DNA of 64,000 nucleotides from Lepidodermella squamata (taxonomy: Eukaryota; Animalia; Gastrotricha). Below the pieces are notes generated by a model. The model did no database searches and was not told the DNA's origin. It was given only the letters and a program-made list of their open reading frames with translations. This document shows, one piece after another, positions 22,497 through 32,300 of this stretch. Positions within the stretch are counted from its first letter, which is position 1. Every line of letters begins with the position of its first letter. Made by a program: the position numbers and the translations under genes. The stretch covers positions 3,100,001 to 3,164,000 of the forward strand of contig JBLDXI010000054.1 of the NCBI GenBank assembly GCA_047495785.1, written 5' to 3'.

Positions 22497-22943
22497 TTAG
22501 CAGCTTTTTCTAGGTGGATGTAGCTGTTCGTTCAACCTCGCCAGTTGGCTACTGCATTTACAGGCGTATTTGAAGGCGACATTTTCGCAATTAGCACACG
22601 GAAAAGGCGGCTCTAACGGCGACGAACCGACGGCTACCTCCCGGCGGGTGCAATTCAACCGACACGCGGTGTAGTGCGTACAGACAACGCCGCACAGTTG
22701 TTGCGAGAGATCGCTCAGCCGTGACCACGGCGTGTCGATGGTGGCGAAAAATTCGAAGAAGGACGCGGTGAGGTGGCTCATCAAGTTGCAACTCTCGCGA
22801 CTTTGATCATCATCGGCATGACCGCCGCAACTCGGTGAGCGGAAAATCACTGAAGCGAGACAAGCGGCTATAATAGCCGAGCAAACAATTGCCACGTGCA
22901 ATTTCCGGGCGCCTTTCATACCGGAATCTACTTGCATAGACAT
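22497..22943 (-). CDS. Cys-rich peptide family, array member 6 (divergent N-terminus)
   Basis: Hydrophobic segment LHVAIVCSAIIAACLASVIF, then CGVVC-x5-CRLNC..CANC-x8-CKC. The start codon is uncertain (acceptor-like TTTCAG just upstream). Confidence 0.72.
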   Translation of the reverse strand: MSMQVDSGMKGARKLHVAIVCSAIIAACLASVIFRSPSCGGHADDDQSRESCNLMSHLTASFFEFFATIDTPWSRLSDLSQQLCGVVCTHYTACRLNCTRREVAVGSSPLEPPFPCANCENVAFKYACKCSSQLARLNEQLHPPRKSC

Positions 22944-23535
22944 GTTTCTGAAATTTAAATAAACGTAAAATGAAACTTTGATCGTGCGCACATATTCAAA
23001 AGCGTGAGAGGTCGCCCGCGGTGAAGAGACCTCAGGGTGTCTCATTCTAAGATGATATCAGCGATGAGTGCGCGTGAGAAATCTCGCAGATGTTACTACG
23101 GTGATTGCCACTGCTATTGTTTAGAACCGAGAACTACCACCAACATGGGGTGCGGTAATTTTAGACAAAACCACGGTTGTCAAGGCGGATTCATCGATGA
23201 TTGTCCCAAACGGCATGATTCATTTGCTTGTAAAGATACGATTCAGCATCGAAATTGATTGGTCGAATTGTTAAGGTGGTCTATTTGATACGTCACTCGA
23301 AATTAATTCATATATATCAGAGAAGAATCGATATTAACTAAATTTATTTCTATTCAATTTGATTTCGTTCAAAATTCAGGGCTTTTATTTGAGGGAGGCT
23401 ATTCTGGGAATGTGAATAAGCAACGCAAGCAAAGAAAATAAACAGAAAAGGGTTCAGAAACTCTAAAATGAGAGTCACATCTAATGGCTAGAAAAATGTA
23501 AAAAAGTTGACACATCGGGAACTTGTAGCTGGTTT

Positions 23536-25878
23536 TCAGTTCGTACTGCCGACGATTTTGTTGCCAAATAGGGGAATGAAACACCCTATGCCTGTTGTAA
23601 TCGCAACAATCTCACCTGAAATAGCCAACACGCTGCGGTAGGTAATAGGCGAATACGGCAGAGCCAAAAGTACTAAACATGTTGCCAGCATAACTACGAC
23701 AGAATTTACCATGGCGTACAAAAGCAACTTGAAATCTGCCATAACTGTCGCGTTTCGGCCTAATTTTCGCGCAAAGTAACAACCAACGACTAATATGACG
23801 AGGTTGAAACCTAACATAGCCAACATCCAATAGGTGTCACGTATCGCAAAGCAATCCAATGCTGAAGCGATCAGAAATGTATCCTCGACTTCTAGATAAA
23901 CAGGGTTAGGAAACAGGTAGATTTTTCGGCAGCGAAATCCGGCATCAACTTGTGTCCAGGCGACGATGATACCAACCACAAATAGCGTCCCGATAGCCGT
24001 GTAAATAGAGCAAGATTTTTCTAGTTTTCGAAATGAGTTTGCATCAGGGACAGTACTGGCTACTGATGATGATTGAAGATTTTCTGTAGTCGACCTTGAA
24101 AGCCTTGTGCTCGATCTAGTTGTTAGTCTTGATTGCGACGCCTTGGAATTGTGAGGGATTAAGCTTGCGATTGACGAATGGTCAGCAATCCATCTTCCAA
24201 CAGTGAACGACCGAAAAGCCATAGACAAATTCGATATGCTGAGTCCTATAGCTAAAGTCGCTATTCCAGAAAGGTGCAACTGCTCGGCAATGCCTTCATC
24301 ACCGATCACAATAAGAATGCTTGAGATAGAGACAAAGCTCAATCCGATGTATTGGACCGCAACAGCGAGCGGCATTCTGCAAAATTTACCAGACCATGCG
24401 AAGCGAAAATTGACCCAAAAAATTGTTGTAGTGAAGGCAAGAAGTTCGACGGTGCTTACAAAAAAGACGAAAGCCCGAAGACCAAAGCTAACAACCCAGT
24501 CTTCGTAGCGTAACTCCGCTCGATCTTTCACAGATTGTCTGGTCAACCATTTCGGCGCGATTTGGGTGATTGCGAACCCCTCGATTCCTTGGGTCTTTGA
24601 AGTTGTAGCCATTGCAATCGTGGTTAAGCCATCATCTGCGCTCCATTGCGAAATCGGCCATTTGTTATCCAATAAGTCGCCGTTTTCGGCGTAGCCACTG
24701 CGACCACTCTTCCTTAGTCCAACGTATCTCACCGACAACAGGGTCCGATTTACGACCCAGCTGACGTAGTCGGGCTGTTCGGAAATGTTCATCAGACTCA
24801 GGCCTTGTTTCCTAAGCTCATTTTCCGATGCATTGAGCTGGAGAAGGGCTTGTAGAGTCGCATCGTGGCACAGGTGGCGAAGGCTGTAGTCAGGGTGTCT
24901 CAAATTATTCGTATATACGTCCAACAATTTATCCGTCTCTTTAAGGCTGAGACCTAACGACGATTTCACGTCAACCTCGTCCGAACTAACCTGAGACGAA
25001 ACCATTATTGAAGATTCGTATTGAGCCGCCACTATCTCCCGAGTACATCCAGGGTAGATGACTGCCTGTAGGGTCGCAGGCTCTGCAAAGACACTCCCTT
25101 GTAAAATGAACAGATATTTCGACCCTGTCATGCCATATTTGTAACACTGGCATAACGCTTTATAAGTCTGCACGCCCTGGAGGTAGACTATAATTATTCT
25201 AGCGTCAGATTTCTTCAGCCTCTCAGCTGATTCGTCCGTGAAATCTGTGGTGAAGTCGAAATAGGCTGTCATTCCAACCGAGTTAGCTACACTGATGGTG
25301 GTTTTTGAAGTTCGAAGGTCCAGCGAAGGATCGGCTAGAAGAGCAAAATATTTCCACTTGCCAACATCCATCATGAAACGAACTCGGGCGATATAGGATA
25401 GCAGGCCATTTGGGCGAACTGAGTAAAGGTTCGAAAACGCAGCTCGGTTGAAGTCCGTGGTACATAGCGAGATTTGGGTGTAGCCTAACAACTTCGCAAC
25501 GGGTGCAACTATTTCGCAGTTTGTATTAGTTACCGGGCCGATGAAGACCGGAGCTTTGAAGGTAGTTCCATTGATTTTGTTCTGTTTAAAGGAATTGTCA
25601 AAGTCGATCAGGCGACGTACCATCATTTTCGCGTTTTCATCGTCGACAAAAACAGGTTGGACGTAGTAGTCGGGCAGAATGTCGCTTCGATTGTTGACAA
25701 GCTCTGAGACTAATTCAGCCATAGCTCGGCAGGTTCTGTAGAAATTAGGCGCCAGTCCTGTGAATGGCATGCTGTGAAGAACAGCTAAACGAGGTTTGCC
25801 GCGCTTATCGACTGCTTGTTGGCCGACGGCCAATAGAAAATCCATGCTGATGAGTAAAGTCAATATTGAAATGTTCAT
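23536..25878 (-). CDS. Intronless class C GPCR, GABA-B-like (Venus flytrap plus 7TM)
   Basis: Signal peptide, VNNRSDILPDY, LKKSDARIIIV, LCQCYKYGMTGSKYLFIL, seven hydrophobic segments, no Cys-rich linker and a very short C-tail. Confidence 0.85.
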   Translation of the reverse strand: MNISILTLLISMDFLLAVGQQAVDKRGKPRLAVLHSMPFTGLAPNFYRTCRAMAELVSELVNNRSDILPDYYVQPVFVDDENAKMMVRRLIDFDNSFKQNKINGTTFKAPVFIGPVTNTNCEIVAPVAKLLGYTQISLCTTDFNRAAFSNLYSVRPNGLLSYIARVRFMMDVGKWKYFALLADPSLDLRTSKTTISVANSVGMTAYFDFTTDFTDESAERLKKSDARIIIVYLQGVQTYKALCQCYKYGMTGSKYLFILQGSVFAEPATLQAVIYPGCTREIVAAQYESSIMVSSQVSSDEVDVKSSLGLSLKETDKLLDVYTNNLRHPDYSLRHLCHDATLQALLQLNASENELRKQGLSLMNISEQPDYVSWVVNRTLLSVRYVGLRKSGRSGYAENGDLLDNKWPISQWSADDGLTTIAMATTSKTQGIEGFAITQIAPKWLTRQSVKDRAELRYEDWVVSFGLRAFVFFVSTVELLAFTTTIFWVNFRFAWSGKFCRMPLAVAVQYIGLSFVSISSILIVIGDEGIAEQLHLSGIATLAIGLSISNLSMAFRSFTVGRWIADHSSIASLIPHNSKASQSRLTTRSSTRLSRSTTENLQSSSVASTVPDANSFRKLEKSCSIYTAIGTLFVVGIIVAWTQVDAGFRCRKIYLFPNPVYLEVEDTFLIASALDCFAIRDTYWMLAMLGFNLVILVVGCYFARKLGRNATVMADFKLLLYAMVNSVVVMLATCLVLLALPYSPITYRSVLAISGEIVAITTGIGCFIPLFGNKIVGSTN

Positions 25879-26335
25879 TTTCTTTCCTTTGATAACTCGA
25901 ATAAATAAATTGTTCACGCTTTTGTTCTGCGGCGAGTTTTATGTCGCGGAAGGAAGTCTAATGCGTTATTGAATTTTTCAGTGTCGCGCCAAGGTATCGT
26001 GAGCGTTTTCCTTTTAGACAGGATGGATGATTTTGGCTGGGAAAACCACTGGCCCTTTTTATTGAAGGTTTAAAATTTCAAAATCTTCGTATTTCTCCAC
26101 GTAAATTACACATTTAGATCCATGCCAAAGTTTTTTCAGGTAACCTCTTTCCGTTTGTGCTTTCGAAATCTCTGCTTGAAATATATTAGGTTCTTGCCTT
26201 GGTTTTCTGGAAATTATTAAAAAATTGCCAGATACATATCCTGTTTTTTACTGAAAGCAAATGATATCAAAGGTCACGCATGATCTGATTTTAATTTTAT
26301 TCATATTCTGTTTTTTGAATTAATGGAATTATTTT

Positions 26336-29300
26336 TTAATCAACACTCGCGTCAATTCCAAGCTCGTCGCCATTCTCCTCGAAGAAAGTTTCGATGGACG
26401 TGGTTTCGAACCTGACCAAAAGGCTCATTTCGTAAGCCCTGCGTCGGAACGCGAACGTCTGTTCTTTGGCGATTTGAGCTTCATCGAATAAAACTGAAAA
26501 TAATTTTAAATAAAAATTAGAAAAAATCACAAAAATTCTATTACCGAACGGTGAATTGTTGCGTAGATCCCATTCGTTAGAATCAGCATTCTTCCCGGCC
26601 GATATTCGTCTGGCTATATAGATAACTAATGAAGCGACGTGTTCAAGAATAGAGAGAGGCGGAGCAAGCGATGACTTGTTGTGGTAGCCGAGAACAAATT
26701 CATACCTTAAATCGATAGAAAATGTAGGGCAAAAAAGCAAGCAATTAATCAACAAACATATTAAATCGCCAAACAGCTGCTGAAATATTCGCGACATTAT
26801 TGAAAGTGAACCTTGAAATTTAACATTATTAACAAGATATAAATAAACGCAAATTAAACCTACCCAAACATTACGATTAGGAGGTTGAGTAGTACAATTG
26901 AAGTAGCGATCAGGTAAATCAGCAATAGAATCAAAGCCAGATAATTTTGTTCCGGGCATCGATCGGAAATTTTAATGTTAGCAGCATAAGTCGCCGGGTC
27001 AGTCGCGTTGTAAGGAATGCAGCTATCAACTCGGCCGCGAACTCGCGGCTCAGGGTTGTACATTTGAAACAGAATTATGAAAAAATTGTAGAAAATTATT
27101 TCGATGAGTTCCCATGTGAACGGAGATCCAGGAAAAACTAGCGCGTTGATTGGAACGCTGAACGCCAGCAACAGAACGATGTAGAGTGCGAAGAAAAAAC
27201 CAACGTCCAGCATCATGCGAAAAGCTGTGATGACTTTGGGCCCTAGGACCGGGCTGACGTAGAAGAAGTTGAGCAGTCTGATGAAGAAAAGCATTAGCGA
27301 CAGGCTGTACAAGTCAAGGGTAGCGTGGTTCAGAGTTTCCGAGTCGTAGGCGCCATTGTCACCCAGGGTGACTAGAACAATGTGGCAAATAGCGGCAGCT
27401 GTCAGAAGGGTGAATGCAAGTACGTCGAGTTTGTGCCACCAATTCGACCAGAAAAATTTAAGTCTAAGCTTAAAACTTCCATTCGCGCTAATTATCTGCC
27501 GCGTTTCCTCTAGAATCAACACAAGTGTCCAAAACCAGATAACACCCTCAACAGGGCTGATTGATGAACGCTGATACAACTCGGTCAGCAGAAACAGCGA
27601 GAAAATAATCAGGAAAATTGTGTAGGAGAATGTGCTGGTTATAAATTTTGTGACAGGGGCTGTGTAGAATAATTTGATGGCACTGAAAATATTGACGCGG
27701 CTCGATGAACTCCGTAGTGACACCCTGCGAAGGCTGTTTTGGTTCGGTTTTGATATAACGGCTTCTGTAACCATTGATTCGATCGTTGCCGTGTCCACAA
27801 CTGCTGAAACTTGGGAATTGTGGTAGTCTTCTAAGCCTCCGTTCAAACTTGGGCGGAATTTTATTGCTGGCAACAGAACAGGTAAGAACGTGGCGGCTGT
27901 AATCTGAAAAATAAACTTGTTGTAAAATTTAAATTTTTTAAATTATTATTCCACAATTTTTTAAATAATTTAGAATTCGACCAAAAGCCCAATTTCCGGG
28001 TCTATAGATGTAGAAGCTAAAATTTCGCTTCGATAAAAGGCTTACTAAGGCTATGGGTGTAGTGACGCTCATGTCACCTTTCCAGTTGACGTTCAACTTG
28101 GTAAAGCAGCATGACGTGTTCATAAATTTCCGTAGCTTTGCAGCGTGGGCCAGTTCGAAAGGTGTTTTATTGCCGAATTCGGGAACAGCCCGAATAAGGA
28201 TCAACTGAGCATGCCGTTGGTCGTGTTCGAAGCAGTGCTCGATGAAGTTAGACGCCAACGATTCCCAGAATTTGGCGTGTTTTCGGAGTGACTCTGCCAG
28301 TTCGACCATGGAGCCGGAACGATATGAAAGCCCTTTCAACACTGCGGCGGCAAAAAGAGCTCCAGCTAGTGCGCCTCCATTCGCAAATTGGCGCCACTAG
28401 AAAAATATTGATGCATTAACAAATTCGTGATTTTGAGTTGAGTTATATTAGGAAATTTTTCAAAAATACTCCAGAGTGCATAATCAATATTAATTAATAA
28501 TAATAATGATTTTATTTTCCCTTTTCGGGACTGGACGTCGTATGCGGGTTCCGGTTTTGAAGAGGGCGAAGGCAGGCGAAGAATGATCCTCACCCAGCCC
28601 CACAGTCTTTTGAGGATTTGGCTTTTTGTATAGAATTCATAATTTTAAATAGAGTTGACAACCATGCGCCATTCATCTTTTTCGAAAGAAACCGATTCCG
28701 CTAGTTGGATTTCGGGAATAATTTTGATCTCAAACTCCTTTTCGCCGGGATTTTTCTCATTTTCTCGTTTCTTATTAGTAATTAAAGTTTTCCTTATCTT
28801 TAACCTTAAACACAATATTTTAGCAGGATACTTTTGCAGTTTCGAGTCATTTATTTCATAAAGATGTTACATATATTTATTCGTGCGACGTTTCGGCCAC
28901 AAAGTGGCCATCGTCAGGCAGTATCTAAAAACAATCAACAAGATGAAACAGGCTTCAGCAAACTCAACAAGCGAAACGTCGCACGAATAAATATATGTAA
29001 CATCTTTAACATCTTCCCCAACATTGGGTACACATGGCAAAGGGGCAACGGAAAAACCCTTCGTAGATCCTTCTTAGACTACATCTTGGTCGATAAAAGC
29101 GAAAAAGATAAATTTGATGTTTGCGACGTTCAGGAAGAACCCATACTCGAATCAGATCATAGGCTAGTTCGTGGTGTTATTAAGTGCCCAAACTTTCAAC
29201 GGAAAAAGGTTGACATTAAAAAATCAATTAAACATCATTTGCTTAGGAATGAGGAAAACAGTTCCAAGTTTAATGAAATTTTAGCTAGCAACATCGCAAA

Positions 29301-32300
29301 TGAAAACGAAAACCCTGTCTCCATAGAAGAGAAGTGGGTGAACACTAAATCTAACCTACTGGATGCTGCCAGATCCTCCTGCGGTGAACGAAAAGTAGGC
29401 AAAATTAGCGAAAAACCGCTCTGGTGGACACCATTAGCCAACAAAATCATTCAAAAAGGTAAAGAAAATTTTAAAAACTACACCAAGGGCCACATAGACC
29501 GAGAGAATTATACAATAGCTAGAAATGAGAAAAATCAGGCCCTTGAACGCTTGAAAATTATTAAGGATCAAACTGAATTTTCTGAATTGGACAAATTACT
29601 TGAAAATCCGACTGATTATGATAATATCAAAAAATTCTGGCTGGAAATAAAAAAATTGAGGGGAGAAAATAGAGAGAAAAGCGAACCCAATCCTCTTGAA
29701 AAAGAAGACGGCTCACTTACCAGCGGAATTGACGAAATATTAGAAGTTATGAAAAAGTATTTCATTGATCTTCTACAAGGACTTGAAAAGGAACCCAATA
29801 ACCCCGACGATGAAATTCTATTAGATACAAATCCAAATTTAACGGAAATTACTCTCACCGAAATTAAAAATGCCATCGACCACATGAAAAACGGTAAAGC
29901 CCCGGGTATAGATGAAGTAAGACCCGAAATGATCAAAGCTCTGAGCGAGGCCAATATTGAACGGCTCAGGGAAATTTTGAATCGAGCTTGGATAGATAAG
30001 AGGGTCCCAGAAGAATGGTCAACGGCTATAATTACCCCAATTTATAAAAATAAAGGTGAGAAATCAAAATGCCAAAATTACAGAGGCATCAGCCTCTTAA
30101 GTGTTGTAGGAAAACTCTATGCCATTATTCTCGAACGAAAATTGAGAGCATTAATTGGGTCAAAAATTTCTAAACTGCAATTTGGTTTTCAACCCCTCAA
30201 GGGCACCAGAGACTGCATTTACGTTCTCCGACAAATTATTGAGAAAATTATATTCTTTAAGAAGGAACTTCACCTAGTCTTCATCGATCTCGAAAAAGCC
30301 TATGATCTGGTGGACAGGGAAAAAGTATGGGCCGCCCTCCAAAATATGGGTGTAGAACCCAGCTTAATTGAAGCTATTCAAAGTCTATATAAAGTAAATA
30401 AAGTTGCTGTTAGAGTCGATTCTGAGCTCTCAGATTTCTTCTATGTTACCAGGGGACTAAGACAGGGTTGCCCGTTGTCTCCTATGCTATTCATAGCGAC
30501 CTTCAACAAAATTTGCGAAAAAATATCTGCTGAAAAATTAGGCTTTCCTATTAGCGAGACCGCAAACAGCGAGACCGCTATGAGCGAGACTGATTTCCTA
30601 AATTTACTAGCGTTTGCTGACGACGGAACACTTTTAGGCATGAACCACGACGAAATTTCACGACTACTTCACATTTTCGATTTGGCTTGCACCGAATTGG
30701 GTCTGAAAATTAACGCGGCAAAAACTCAATACATGATTATTTCTAGAGACGAGTCAGCCACTCAAAATTACGAATTGGAATTGAACGGGAAAAAACTTGA
30801 AAAAGTGACCAAATTTAAATATTTAGGGAGCATTATTACCAGTGACGGCAAAATCGATGAGGAACTAAACTACAGAATTTCTAAGGCAGGCAGTGTTTTC
30901 GGCGCCATGAATAAATTCATGTGCAACAAAAGTCAGGTTTCCATAGCTACAAAACTTAAGGTACTGACATGTGTTATAATACCTACCATCATTTACGCCT
31001 GCGAATCGTGGAACATATCGATAGCCCAAGAAAATAGACTAAACACTATAGAATATCGATGGCTTCGATCTATAGTAGGTGTCCACCTAATGGACTATAT
31101 TCCAAATATAGACATTCGACTTGCGTTATGCGGAGGTCTCATTGAAGTGAGCCGCATTGTTGAAAAACAAAGGCTAAGGTATCTATGGCACATAATTAGG
31201 TCACGTGACTATGACGTAGAAGGACTAATACACAAAATATATATTTGGACGCCTCCGCTTGGGTGGTTTGCACCCAGAGGTAGACCTCGAACCAGATGGA
31301 TCAACGGAGTGCATAGAAGCCTAATTAAAGTAGGTCTTACTAAGGAAATTCGCCGGAAAAAGAAAACCAATAAGAACAATAAGGTCAAGGATAAGAAAAA
31401 TAAAGCCACTAAGAAACGAGAAAATAGAAAAAATCCCGGCGAAAAGGATTTTGAGATCAAAATTATTCCCGATGTCCAACTAGCGGAATCGGTTTCTTTT
31501 GAAAAAGATGAATGGCGCATGGTTGTTAACTCGATTGAAAATTACGAATTCTATACAAAAAGCAGAATCCTCGACTGTGGGGGTGGGTGAGGATCATTCT
31601 TCGCCTGCCTTCGCCCTCTTCAAAACCGGAAACGGTACACGACGCTCAGTCCCGAAGAGGATAAATAAAAACATTATTATTATTATCTTTATGAAATAAA
31701 TGACTCGAAACTGCAAAAGTATCCTGCTAAAATATTGTGTTTAAATACACCGGGTCTATAATGCAATACGATTCGATACCAACATCTATCGGTTCGGTAT
31801 TCATCTTTAACCTTATTTTATTATTGGTTTTCTTTATCCGGCAAATTTCCTTAGTAAGACGTACTTTATTTAGGCTTCTATGCACTCTGTTGATCTATCG
31901 GGTTCGAGGTCTACCTCTGGGAGCAAACCACCCAAGCGGAGGCGTCCAAATATATGTTTGTGTATTAGTTCTTCTGCGTCATAGTCACGTGACCTAATTA
32001 TGGGGACAACTTTTTCATCCGACAAAATGTCTTATTTTATCCGAAATCCAAAAATGTGACTAAAATCATCCGACATGAAAATATCGATTTTCTCGATTTT
32101 CCCGGATTCGATTTTCCTGTAAGGATATGACCATTTTATGCACCCTATTTTGGCCCCTGAACCGGTAAAAGATTTTTGGCGATCAGAGTAGTCAGTTTTT
32201 TACTGTAATTTTTCGAAAATATGAAAAAGCATGTCGGATGTTTTCAGTCACATTTTTGGATTTCAGATGAAAAAAGACATTTGTCGGATGAAAAAAGTCA

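Larger units (their letters stand above)
28809..31802. mobile_element. Penelope-type pLTR-derived inverted-repeat insertion, interrupted by a LINE
   Basis: Flanked by a 13-bp duplication ATCTTTAACCTTA (28796-28808 and 31803-31815). Left arm 28809-28895 is the reverse complement of 28972-29008 joined to 31692-31742. It contains a hammerhead. Confidence 0.72.

Noticed and set aside
28834-29008. N-terminus of the 918 aa RT ORF as a real protein start
   Set aside because: It lies outside the LINE's TSD in Penelope-derived sequence. The element is 5'-truncated and lacks most of the endonuclease.
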